A program made the translations under genes and the position numbers. Below are positions 19,378 through 27,645 of a stretch of DNA of 64,000 bases, piece after piece (the first letter of the stretch is position 1; every line of letters begins with the position of its first letter). The stretch lies in the IMG/VR virus record IMGVR_UViG_3300002835_000013. The stretch is one strand, 5' to 3'. This DNA comes from a virus. Under the pieces are notes generated by a model. The model was given only the letters and a program-made list of their open reading frames with translations, did not search any database and had not been told where the DNA came from.

Positions 19378-19947
19378 TCAGAGAAGGTTCTTGAGGTCAA
19401 GACCTTCGACCGAGTCCCAGTCACCATCGACATTGAAGGACGTACCGACTTCACCAGTCGTGCCGAAAGTCTCGGTCACATCATCGAACTCACGGACACG
19501 CTTTGCCAGCTTCTTATGAGCGGCACCAACTTCCTTGAGTTTAGCAAGATTAGCTGCCTTGATTTCGGCAACAGACTTGGTGGGCTTAGTCTTAGCAACG
19601 ACAGGAGCAACAACCTTTTTGGTTGCAGTCTTAGTCTTAGCAGCGGGTGCTGCCTTAGTCTTAGCCGTCTTAGCTTTGGTGCCACTGCCCTTGCTCTGGG
19701 CCGCAGCCACCAGCGCCGCAGCATTTGCGGGCTCTTTGATAAGGGTGTAGGATACGACATTGCGGCCGCTCTTAGCAACCGAGAAATCATAACCAAGGAT
19801 CTTGAGATAAAGGACATGCTTGGCAGCATAGTTGCCCTTGCCGACATGGTCGTTAATCTGCGACGGAGACACAGGCACGCCGGGCTTGGCAATCTCAAGG
19901 ACCTTGAGAAGGGTAGGAGAGAGACTGGAAAGAGTATTGTTAGCCAT
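19378..19947 (-). CDS. Early DNA-binding protein: wHTH-like N-terminus plus Lys/Ala-rich histone-H1-like segment
   Basis: AKTAKTKAAPAAKTK repeats; directly downstream of an early promoter cassette. Confidence 0.65.
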   Translation of the reverse strand: MANNTLSSLSPTLLKVLEIAKPGVPVSPSQINDHVGKGNYAAKHVLYLKILGYDFSVAKSGRNVVSYTLIKEPANAAALVAAAQSKGSGTKAKTAKTKAAPAAKTKTATKKVVAPVVAKTKPTKSVAEIKAANLAKLKEVGAAHKKLAKRVREFDDVTETFGTTGEVGTSFNVDGDWDSVEGLDLKNLL

Positions 19948-19978
19948 TTAGAACCTCACTTTTCGACTTTATGGACAT

Positions 19979-20044
19979 ATTATAGCACATGGAATGGAAG
20001 ATGCAAGCGAAATCGTATGTCAACGACTGCGACAGGTTGTCGCA
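19979..20044 (-). promoter_or_regulatory. Early promoter cassette 1 with upstream TGCGACA-N3-TGTCGCA palindrome
   Basis: CTTGCA...TGTGCTATAAT; palindrome 20028-20044. Confidence 0.85.
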
Positions 20045-20078
20045 CCCATAGTCTATAGAATGGGTAGAGTGTATACAA

Positions 20079-20297
20079 TCAGCATCCAGGGTCATAATCG
20101 TGCCACTCTAGAATTTCGTCGGGCTGACCATCGTCCTCGTCCGTTTCCTCGTCATCAAAACCAAAGGAATTGTAAAAATCCTTTACATCGGACTCGGACA
20201 TATAGTTAAGAAGGTCCCGGATCAATTCATCTCGATCCCAAAGACATTCATCAACCATTTCGATTATCTTATTCGTGTATTTACGGACCATTTTCAT
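20079..20297 (-). CDS. Hypothetical acidic early protein
   Basis: GAGG RBS; C-terminal DGQPDE..EW.D.D..C. Confidence 0.6.
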   Translation of the reverse strand: MKMVRKYTNKIIEMVDECLWDRDELIRDLLNYMSESDVKDFYNSFGFDDEETDEDDGQPDEILEWHDYDPGC

Positions 20298-20925
20298 CAC
20301 CTCAGTTGTAAGAAGTAAAGTCGCCAGGAGCATCCTCACCGAAAAACTTTTCAAGGACACTCTCAACAAACCACATACCAACTTCGACCGGCATACGCTC
20401 ATTTACATATTCAAGGACGTCTCGGTCAGACATTACACCGGGTTCCGACATAGCATCAATCACTAGATTTTCTGCCATAAGAACCAAATCAGACATACGT
20501 GACATATTAGTCCTCCGAATTAGAGAAGATGGTGAGAATAGCAAGAAAGCAGATAGGACCGCCTAGCATTGATATAAAAATCTGAAAGGGAAGGATATCC
20601 CAATCGGTTTCATCTTTTAGATAGATGTCGGGATATGTGCGTTTCATTAGATACATAAAAACGCCCTGACCGATTAGACCGACGATAACCCAAGCTAGAA
20701 TGAAAAGCATTTATATCTCCTTGTTCCAACCAACTTGAAGATAACCATATAGAGCCATATCACGATTGAAAATTTTATACCTCATTTTGGCGGTACGTTC
20801 GGACAAACCATAAAACGTATGCCGCTTACCATGCTTATCGACAAAAAAGAAAGAATACACTTTGTTGCTCCATATACGATTGATTGTTTCCGCATCGATA
20901 AACTTAACTTTCATTTTATTTCTCC

Positions 20926-21174
20926 TTACGCATTCCAGCCGAGCATATCTTCCAGAGCCTTCTGGTCGATGGTGTTAGCATTAGCAGAACCGATCCACTT
21001 ATTGATATGCTTGGACGTGGTGCGAGAAAACTTGGTAGCGGTACGGAAATAACCCATGCCGCAGATATAGACTGCCACAGGCGTCTTGTAAGAAATAAGA
21101 AAGCGGTTATAACCGTGCTGGATTTCAAGCTGGTTGGAACCGATGGACTGGGCACGAATAGCGATGGATGACAT
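20926..21174 (-). CDS. Hypothetical early protein
   Basis: SY.TPVA...S.TTSKHINKW; first gene after promoter cassette 2. Confidence 0.7.
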   Translation of the reverse strand: MSSIAIRAQSIGSNQLEIQHGYNRFLISYKTPVAVYICGMGYFRTATKFSRTTSKHINKWIGSANANTIDQKALEDMLGWNA

Positions 21175-21201
21175 GTTAGATCCTTTCTCGATTATGGGAA
21201 T

Positions 21202-21268
21202 ATATTAACACATAGGAAGGAAAGAGTCAATGGGAATCGTTTGTAAACAACTGCGACAGGATGTCGCA
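21202..21268 (-). promoter_or_regulatory. Early promoter cassette 2
   Basis: TTGACT-17-TAATAT; palindrome 21252-21268. Confidence 0.85.
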
Positions 21269-21446
21269 CCTTAGGCATAGCCGTTTACATTCCTCCAGAG
21301 CGGGCTGGAGAAACCGAGCATTGGACAGCTATATACGCACCAAAACGACCAGGACCGCTCTCCAGCCGTCGCTGGCCTCAGGCGATCCTGGTCTATAAGC
21401 ACCCATTGGAATATAGAATGCGCTCCGAATGTCTACAGATCAAAGT

Positions 21447-21560
21447 CTATAGTTTTGGTAGCCTTTTGCGATTGTATACAGTTTTCTTGTCTACAATCAC
21501 CTTTTGTCTACATTGAGGTTGTCGGAGTGCTTTCGCTACTGGATTCGGTTTTCGTTTCAT
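21447..21560 (-). CDS. 37-aa basic peptide resembling ArfA-type ribosome rescue factors (not in ORF track)
   Basis: MKRKPNPVAKALRQPQCRQKVIVDKKTVYNRKRLPKL; GAAGGGG RBS. Confidence 0.55.
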   Translation of the reverse strand: MKRKPNPVAKALRQPQCRQKVIVDKKTVYNRKRLPKL

Positions 21561-21585
21561 TTTACCCCTTCACATTCTATGTTTA

Positions 21586-21653
21586 CTAAATAGTAATGTC
21601 CGTCACGGTGTTGACGCACCCACGGACTCTAATACTGTATAGGAGTATCAGCA
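21586..21653 (+). promoter_or_regulatory. Late promoter (CTAAATA) plus structured leader of the HNH gene
   Basis: Same stem architecture as 34861-34927, with compensatory changes. Confidence 0.75.
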
Positions 21654-22253
21654 ATGTTATTTATATCCAACAAGTATACCACTTGGTATTTCTCCCTTAT
21701 AGAGAATCGCAAATCAACTATTCCAGAAGGATATGTTGAGAAGCATCATATTATCCCCAAATCTATCGGAGGAACCGATGACTCCGATAATCTTGTCGCA
21801 TTGACCGCAAGAGAACATTTTTTAGCACATTGGTTACTAACCAAAATGACTAAAGATAATGAACAAGTAAAAATGAAACATGCTTTGGGTGGAATGACTG
21901 GTAATAATCACAATGGAAGGACTCTATCATCTTATCAATATGCGATTTGTAGGCAATCATTTAGTGAAGCACGAAAAGGCGTTATTTCACCCCATATGCT
22001 AAGATCGGGTGAAGATCATCATATGTTCGGAAAGAAAAGACCAAGACAATCACTCCTTATGAGCGGTGAAAATAATCCAAACTATGGCAAGTTTGGTGAA
22101 AATCACCACTGTTATGGTAAGAAACATAAAGACGATAGGACAGAGAGAATGACTAAAACTTTACAGTCATTAGGCAAACTACCCTGTCCTAACTGTGGCG
22201 AAATGATTTCACCGTTGAACAGTCAACACAAAAGACGTTGTATCAACCTTTGA
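21654..22253 (+). CDS. Free-standing HNH homing endonuclease with NUMOD3-like repeats
   Basis: EKHHIIPKSIGG...NLVALTAREHFLAH; GENNPNYGK; C-terminal CPNC. Confidence 0.88.
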   Translation: MLFISNKYTTWYFSLIENRKSTIPEGYVEKHHIIPKSIGGTDDSDNLVALTAREHFLAHWLLTKMTKDNEQVKMKHALGGMTGNNHNGRTLSSYQYAICRQSFSEARKGVISPHMLRSGEDHHMFGKKRPRQSLLMSGENNPNYGKFGENHHCYGKKHKDDRTERMTKTLQSLGKLPCPNCGEMISPLNSQHKRRCINL

Positions 22254-23469
22254 TGTTGACCACCTGACGGAGACGGTGGACAATCTCAACAAGGTCATCC
22301 TGGGCAGCCATGACCGCACCGATATCCTTGTAAGCAGCCGGCGACTCGTCGATAACATCGGCATCCTTACGGCACTCGATACCCTCGGTCGCCTTGATAT
22401 GATCCTCTAGCGTGATAGCCTTACGTGCCGCATTGCGAGACATACGACGACCAGCGCCGTGAGAACATGAACAAAACGACTCATGATTACCAAGACCACG
22501 AACGATAAACGAACCCGTTCCCATCGAACCCGGTATGATACCGAGGTCGTTCTTACGAGCCCGAACAGCACCCTTGCGGGTCACATACACATTTTCTCCA
22601 AAGTGGTTCTCCTTGGAGATATAGTTGTGATGGCAGTTCACAGCCTTTTCGTCAGATACAACGAATGCCGGCAAACGCCCACGAAGAACCTTTAGCACAG
22701 CGTCCATCATAACCTGACGGTTGAGGGCAGCAAACTCCTGTGCCCACGATACAGCCTCCACATAATCATCGAATAGCGTCGTGTTTTCTACCAGATAGGA
22801 CAAGTCCTGATCCGGCAGATACGGCAAGATATGATAGCGTTCCATCTCACGCTTTGCAGCTTCGATGAAATACTGACCTATCTTGTTACCAACACCACGA
22901 GAACCAGAGTGTAGCATTACCCACACATAGTCGGCCTCGTCCAGACACAATTCGATAAAGTGATTACCCGTGCCAAGCGTTCCCATAAACTCGAAGGTCT
23001 TATGAGAAGCAATCTTCGGATGCTTTGCTAAGATAGCGTCATAACGAGACTTCAACACCGCCCAAGCATCTATGGCAGAACGGGACGCAAAGTTCGAGTT
23101 CCACGTTCCTTCGTCGTTCTTACCACCGTTGTCCGTGCGACCATGCGGCACTGCGGCCTCGATAGCAGAACGAAGCGGAGCAAGATTATCCGGTAAATCG
23201 TTCGCCGTCAGTGACAAGCGAACAGCCATCATACCGCAACCGATATCAACACCAACCGCAGCCGGAACCACAGCACCCTTCGTTGCTATAACAGAACCAA
23301 CCGTAGCACCCTTGCCAAGATGAACGTCCGGCATAACCGCTACATGCTTATACACGAACGGCAAGGACGCTATATTTTCCAACTGCGTGCGAGCGTCGGC
23401 TTCGACCTCAACACCTTCGCACCACATCTTGAGCGGCGCACCACGACCTTGGACGAACTGATAAGCCAT
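22243..23469 (-). CDS. rtcB: RNA-splicing/repair ligase RtcB
   Basis: MPDVH.G.G, VGVDIGCG, GTLG.GNHF, HSGSRG, HHN, SCSHGAGR, DE.P.AYK. Confidence 0.97.
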   Translation of the reverse strand: MAYQFVQGRGAPLKMWCEGVEVEADARTQLENIASLPFVYKHVAVMPDVHLGKGATVGSVIATKGAVVPAAVGVDIGCGMMAVRLSLTANDLPDNLAPLRSAIEAAVPHGRTDNGGKNDEGTWNSNFASRSAIDAWAVLKSRYDAILAKHPKIASHKTFEFMGTLGTGNHFIELCLDEADYVWVMLHSGSRGVGNKIGQYFIEAAKREMERYHILPYLPDQDLSYLVENTTLFDDYVEAVSWAQEFAALNRQVMMDAVLKVLRGRLPAFVVSDEKAVNCHHNYISKENHFGENVYVTRKGAVRARKNDLGIIPGSMGTGSFIVRGLGNHESFCSCSHGAGRRMSRNAARKAITLEDHIKATEGIECRKDADVIDESPAAYKDIGAVMAAQDDLVEIVHRLRQVVNIKG

Positions 23470-23791
23470 TTTATTTCTCCTAACGAGCCTCTACATAAAA
23501 ATCGGGCTTGATATACTTATTGAGATAATACTTTTTATATCGTTCAACAGCAACCCGTGAAATGCCACGGAATGTTATGGTCGTGCTATCAACAAAATAG
23601 ACCGACAGATTGTAGGTTTTCACATTAGCCATTTTATTTCTCCACACAGACATACTGGATCATAGCCTGATGATACTTATCAGGATATATACGAATAAGG
23701 GCTTCACCCGCCGCTTTACATTTGTCTAGCGAACTAAACTCCGCAGTAATTCCTGCCTTATAATATAAAAGAGCGATTAGAACGTAGGTCA

Positions 23792-24121
23792 TTATTCTTT
23801 CACTCCTTCAGGAAGCATCCAAATGTTTACACCGTGAACCATAAAGTCCTTGGCATCTTTAAGTCCATACCCAGTAGCATGACGCACAGCCTTAATGGCA
23901 TTGATGAACATGCGATATTCTTTTGAAGCATGAGTACGAATCTTTAGATCATACTTAATACCACGCAGAAGTCCCATAAGGACAGCGTTCTGTAAGTCCT
24001 CGCCCATTCCTTCTTTCAGTGAACGCCACATCTTCATGCCCTGCTCGTCTCCGTAATACTTTGTGATATCACGGAGAAGGTTGCGAGCACTAACAATAAG
24101 ACTTGTAGGAAGCTCAGCCAT
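23792..24121 (-). CDS. Protein with ribosomal bL12 C-terminal-domain-like motif
   Basis: INAIKAVRHATGYGLKDAKDF. Confidence 0.6.
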   Translation of the reverse strand: MAELPTSLIVSARNLLRDITKYYGDEQGMKMWRSLKEGMGEDLQNAVLMGLLRGIKYDLKIRTHASKEYRMFINAIKAVRHATGYGLKDAKDFMVHGVNIWMLPEGVKE

Positions 24122-24338
24122 AATATTGAACCTTTTCTTCTAGCCACTTTTTATAATCGTCGTGACTGAGATAATATTCAAGCACTACTTCAATAGCATC
24201 TCTCAAGTCATCCTCCTCTGGCATGGGATTTACAGCCATTGAACGATAATCATGTTTTAGATTTTCTACAACCAAATAGTCCACTTGGTCTTGATCTAAA
24301 TCAACTGTCATTATCCTCTTCATGTTCCTCATCCTCAT
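24114..24338 (-). CDS. Hypothetical protein
   Basis: ORF in early operon. Confidence 0.55.
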   Translation of the reverse strand: MRMRNMKRIMTVDLDQDQVDYLVVENLKHDYRSMAVNPMPEEDDLRDAIEVVLEYYLSHDDYKKWLEEKVQYYG

Positions 24339-24732
24339 ATAGTTCGTTTATAGTCTTCTCGTATTCAGTAGGTAGGCGTTCGCATGTTACGCTCTCACTG
24401 TAGTAGCCGTTTGAAGTTCCCAACCAACGAACAGTTACAGATCCCTTAATGGTACGAAAGTTATAGAAAGTCCAAGTGGCACTTTCATAATCCGCACCAC
24501 CGTCCTGCGAGTCCTCACGAGCCTCAAGAATTGGCACTCCTACAAGGTCGTTAAGATCACCTACAATGTCCTCAATGCGAACACTCTCGCAACAATCCTG
24601 CTCGTGATAGAACTTAAAGGAAGGAGTATCGCCTGCTCCAACGAACAAGAGAACATCGTTGTCCTTTTCACCCTCGACATGGTGAAAGGTTAATCCTTCC
24701 ATTTGGCTTAGATTATCAGCAAAATACTTCAT
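24301..24732 (-). CDS. Conserved hypothetical phage protein
   Basis: H.QDCCE.V..EDI.GDL...WTFY...T.KG.V..RW.G.SNGYYSE. Confidence 0.75.
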   Translation of the reverse strand: MKYFADNLSQMEGLTFHHVEGEKDNDVLLFVGAGDTPSFKFYHEQDCCESVRIEDIVGDLNDLVGVPILEAREDSQDGGADYESATWTFYNFRTIKGSVTVRWLGTSNGYYSESVTCERLPTEYEKTINELYEDEEHEEDNDS

Positions 24733-24792
24733 TCTACAACCTCAACTCTATCTTCTGCCTTCATATACCAATCGGGAGCAGTATCGCTAACA

Positions 24793-24981
24793 TTAGTCAT
24801 TATCTATCTCCTTCTCATGCCAATCGACGAGGATGCTTTCCTTGCAATGCATGTCTCTTTGCCATTGTATGGCATGGTTAAAATCCCAAAGCACACCATT
24901 GGTCGCCTCAAGAGAACTATCCGCGGTAACTACATAAACGTATCTGCGTTCTTCCACTAGTGTCACTTCATACGTCGTCAT
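24793..24981 (-). CDS. Hypothetical protein
   Basis: ORF translationally coupled to its upstream neighbour. Confidence 0.5.
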   Translation of the reverse strand: MTTYEVTLVEERRYVYVVTADSSLEATNGVLWDFNHAIQWQRDMHCKESILVDWHEKEIDND

Positions 24982-25127
24982 TCAGGCACCATCCAAATGT
25001 TTACACCGTGAACCATAAAGGTCTTAGTGTAGATTACGACACCGACATTACCATAAAGTTCGGCAACAGTCGGCAGAAGTTCGGTGACAGGAACATAAAC
25101 AGTTTTGTCCAGATTTGCTTCTGCCAT
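24978..25127 (-). CDS. 49-aa micro-protein ending NIWMVPE (not in ORF track)
   Basis: AGGTGAG RBS; shares 40 nt with the 3' end of the 23792-24121 gene. Confidence 0.55.
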   Translation of the reverse strand: MAEANLDKTVYVPVTELLPTVAELYGNVGVVIYTKTFMVHGVNIWMVPE

Positions 25128-25134
25128 TTCTCAC

Positions 25135-25353
25135 CTATTGATTTGCCGAGTCGTCAAAAGCATTGACGTTCGGAACTGTATATTCATTGCCAGTCGCAAA
25201 GATGACCGTGTCGCCTTCAACAACTTCCGCAACCGCACGAAGGTCCCAAAAGCGATGCCAGAAGTCCGGCTTGCCAAAGACCTTGAGGGCGTTATATACA
25301 CGCTCGTCCTTGAAACCGACAAAGTGGACAGCCATCGTTTCCTCATTTCTCAT
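25135..25353 (-). CDS. Hypothetical early protein
   Basis: HFVGF...A.KVFG.PDF.H..WD.RA; downstream of promoter cassette 3. Confidence 0.7.
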   Translation of the reverse strand: MRNEETMAVHFVGFKDERVYNALKVFGKPDFWHRFWDLRAVAEVVEGDTVIFATGNEYTVPNVNAFDDSANQ

Positions 25354-25364
25354 TCTATGGACAT

Positions 25365-25433
25365 ATTATAGCACAAGGAATGGAAGATGCAAGCGAAATC
25401 GTATGTAAACGGGTGCGACATTCTGTCGCACCC
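25365..25433 (-). promoter_or_regulatory. Early promoter cassette 3
   Basis: CTTGCA...TGCTATAAT; GGGTGCGACA-TTC-TGTCGCACCC palindrome 25411-25433. Confidence 0.85.
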
Positions 25434-25438
25434 TTAGT

Positions 25439-25564
25439 CTATTGATTTTGTAGCAAGATTGTATTAGGCACATACCAAATGCTGGATGCGGTATATGGGC
25501 AGGTACTATAATCATAACTCACCCGAATTCCAGCACCATAGAGACTGACATAAAACCGAGCCAT
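25439..25564 (-). CDS. 41-aa micro-protein (IWYVPNT)
   Basis: Coupled TAATG start; divergent member of the micro-ORF family. Confidence 0.5.
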   Translation of the reverse strand: MARFYVSLYGAGIRVSYDYSTCPYTASSIWYVPNTILLQNQ

Positions 25565-25668
25565 TAGTTTACTCCATCAAGAGCCATGATAAGAACGATA
25601 CCGAAGATTAGACCGACAGTAACAACACCAAGGGCCATAATCTGAACCATTTTACTTTCGTCTAACAT
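25564..25668 (-). CDS. 34-aa single-helix membrane peptide
   Basis: GGAGG RBS; hydrophobic core. Confidence 0.5.
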   Translation of the reverse strand: MLDESKMVQIMALGVVTVGLIFGIVLIMALDGVN

Positions 25669-25669
25669 T

Positions 25670-25786
25670 TTAGTCCTCCAGAGTGCCAGGAACAACCCAT
25701 ATTGAACATGAAGTAAACATATTACCACCAAAGCTAGCATATGCTACACAATGACCATATGAAGGAATATACCTATGAATAACCAT
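25670..25786 (-). CDS. 38-aa micro-protein (WVVPGTLED family)
   Basis: GGAGG RBS inside previous ORF; MVIHRY...IWVVPGTLED. Confidence 0.6.
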   Translation of the reverse strand: MVIHRYIPSYGHCVAYASFGGNMFTSCSIWVVPGTLED

Positions 25787-25787
25787 A

Positions 25788-25913
25788 TCATGCCTCCAAA
25801 GTTCCGGGAACAACCCAATAAGATTGATGATCACTATTAGCAGCATATGCCACAACATGACCAAACACACCGAGATTGGCGTATATCATCAGATGATTAA
25901 CATATACTATCAT
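25788..25913 (-). CDS. 41-aa micro-protein (WVVPGTLEA family)
   Basis: GGAGG RBS; MIVYVN...YWVVPGTLEA. Confidence 0.6.
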   Translation of the reverse strand: MIVYVNHLMIYANLGVFGHVVAYAANSDHQSYWVVPGTLEA

Positions 25914-25914
25914 A

Positions 25915-26043
25915 TCAATCCTCCAGAGTGCCGGGAACAATCCAATAAGAGATATCAGCATCGGGATAGATTTCATCCTGAAGCCAGGTGATAGCAGAAT
26001 AACCACGGTGACCATCGTGATAGATAGAATAGAAAACTGTCAT
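25915..26043 (-). CDS. 42-aa micro-protein (WIVPGTLED family)
   Basis: GGAGG RBS; MTVFYS...YWIVPGTLED. Confidence 0.6.
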   Translation of the reverse strand: MTVFYSIYHDGHRGYSAITWLQDEIYPDADISYWIVPGTLED

Positions 26044-26246
26044 TTCAGACCTCCGTCAGAATAGCGACAAGCGCAAGAGATATAGGCGCACCGAATAGAA
26101 CGAAAAAGAGAATAACGTCGGACACTATCGGTTCTCCGCATTAGAGATAAGATCGGGATATAACCACACACAAACACCGTGCCAAATCAACTGGTGCTCG
26201 GCCCAGTTATTGATCTGGGCAATGATGTGAACTGGGATATTATTCA

Positions 26247-26474
26247 TTATGCAGCCTCCTGACCGAGTTTATCCGTATCATACACAATCGACTCGCCGAG
26301 AAAGTCTTCGTTGGCACGGGCACCAACTACACGGCGAGAGATAATATAACGACCATACGCTTCACCCTCAAAATCGACCAGAGCCGATTGGGCATCTGCC
26401 AGCGAATAATAAACGCCGAGCATATAATCACCCTCATAATCGATGCAACCGAAGAGAACGAAAACTTCCATCAC
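26247..26474 (-). CDS. Hypothetical early protein
   Basis: YEG...LGVY motif; RBS. Confidence 0.6.
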   Translation of the reverse strand: MMEVFVLFGCIDYEGDYMLGVYYSLADAQSALVDFEGEAYGRYIISRRVVGARANEDFLGESIVYDTDKLGQEAA

Positions 26475-26641
26475 TTATCTCCTACTTTGATATTTTTACC
26501 AACCGTGAAACCACGCTTCGGACGTTTAGACGATTTCACCTTGGTGATTTTACCACCGTTTTCAGCCCAACGAAGAAGGGCGAGACGCAAAACCACATCT
26601 TTGCCGTCTTGGTTTTTGATATGAAAGCGAGTATTTGACAT
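26471..26641 (-). CDS. 56-aa basic protein with a GGKITK (SutA RNAP-binding-like) motif
   Basis: First ORF after promoter cassette 4; RWAENGGKITKV. Confidence 0.5.
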   Translation of the reverse strand: MSNTRFHIKNQDGKDVVLRLALLRWAENGGKITKVKSSKRPKRGFTVGKNIKVGDK

Positions 26642-26668
26642 GTTGGAACCTTTCTCGATTATGGGAAT

Positions 26669-26735
26669 ATATTAGCACATCGGAACGGAAGGGTCAACCA
26701 AAATCGTTTGTCAACGACTGCGACAGGTTGTCGCA
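26669..26735 (-). promoter_or_regulatory. Early promoter cassette 4
   Basis: TTGACC-17-TAATAT; palindrome 26719-26735. Confidence 0.85.
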
Positions 26736-26764
26736 CATTGATCGCAGTCGTTGACATTCTTCTA

Positions 26765-27001
26765 TCAAATATCAACATAGCGAATGGTAACATTGTCGAT
26801 ATTATATTCAACAATTTCGACGCTATATTGATCTAGATCAATCTTTTCTAAGACTTCTAGTAATACTTCTACGGATTCACGAAACTCTTTTGCTTCGGTC
26901 AGATTGTTGAATAACGGATCAAACTCTTGACGGATATTGTCGTTTATGTGATCATAAACAAGAATGGAATAATAGTTGGACATGATTTTTCCTTTCATCA
27001 T
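26765..27001 (-). CDS. Hypothetical acidic protein
   Basis: Single ORF between promoter cassettes 4 and 5. Confidence 0.6.
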   Translation of the reverse strand: MMKGKIMSNYYSILVYDHINDNIRQEFDPLFNNLTEAKEFRESVEVLLEVLEKIDLDQYSVEIVEYNIDNVTIRYVDI

Positions 27002-27007
27002 AGGAAC

Positions 27008-27074
27008 ATAATACCACGGTAAAAGGAAGGAGTCAATAGAAATCTAATTGTAAACAGTGCGACAGGATGTCGCA
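27008..27074 (-). promoter_or_regulatory. Early promoter cassette 5
   Basis: TTGACT-17-TATTAT; palindrome 27058-27074. Confidence 0.85.
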
Positions 27075-27076
27075 CC

Positions 27077-27319
27077 TCAGCTATTGCCAAGCTCAAGGCT
27101 CCGGCGCATCTTCCAGACCAGCTTTCTTTCTAGCTGATAAACCCGTGCCTGCGACAGGCCAAGCTCCTCGGCGATGGCATCGATGGTCTGGTTCTGATAG
27201 AAACGACGGACGGCGATGAATTGTAAACGTGGGCTAAGGCATTCGATAGCCCGTTTACAGACAACCTTACGGTCAAGGTCATGCATATTGATAAGTTGGA
27301 GAAAAGTTTCGTTTACCAT
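27077..27319 (-). CDS. Stand-alone sigma-70 region 4-like HTH protein
   Basis: LSPR...V.RRF...T...IAEELGLSQARVYQLE.K. Confidence 0.8.
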   Translation of the reverse strand: MVNETFLQLINMHDLDRKVVCKRAIECLSPRLQFIAVRRFYQNQTIDAIAEELGLSQARVYQLERKLVWKMRRSLELGNS

Positions 27320-27639
27320 TATCGGACGTCCGTATTGAGGGCAGGAGAGAGTTCACGGATAAGCTCACGCTCACGGATATGGGCAGCGGACTTGCCACGC
27401 ACCACTTCGTAATAGCAGACTTCAAATGCGTCTGGACCATACTTGCGGATCGCTTTACATAGGGCCCAGTCACGTCCCTCGGTCAGGGCACGGTTTACAT
27501 GCTTCTGCCAGCGACGGATAACAGACTTGGACACAGCCGACTTGTCTACATACGTCACGCCGATATATTCCAGTCCGTTTACAGACAAGGAATAGATGAC
27601 ATGCTTACGGTCGGTGCGGGCTTTGCGCTTCTTGATCAT
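27319..27639 (-). CDS. GIY-YIG nuclease-domain protein, probably leaderless
   Basis: VIY...YIG.T...R...H; E..LI....LN; ATG lies 6 nt after the -10 box. Confidence 0.75.
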   Translation of the reverse strand: MIKKRKARTDRKHVIYSLSVNGLEYIGVTYVDKSAVSKSVIRRWQKHVNRALTEGRDWALCKAIRKYGPDAFEVCYYEVVRGKSAAHIRERELIRELSPALNTDVR

Positions 27640-27645
27640 GGTCAC

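Noticed and set aside
19330-20058. 242-aa + strand ORF
   Set aside because: Antisense shadow of the Lys/Ala-rich gene, running across a promoter cassette; no RBS or recognisable motifs
21654-22253. Group I intron around the HNH gene (and the GIY-YIG gene at 34928)
   Set aside because: Neighbouring genes are intact and the nucleases are antisense and free-standing; no intron core seen
23464-23643. AGCCATTTTATTTCTCC repeat (similar sequence near 20911)
   Set aside because: Explained by a shared strong RBS-start context (GGAGAAATAAAATG)
25670-26043. ~125-nt periodic repeat as a CRISPR or DGR element
   Set aside because: Repeats are in-frame coding tails with synonymous changes; no reverse transcriptase and no adenine-specific variation
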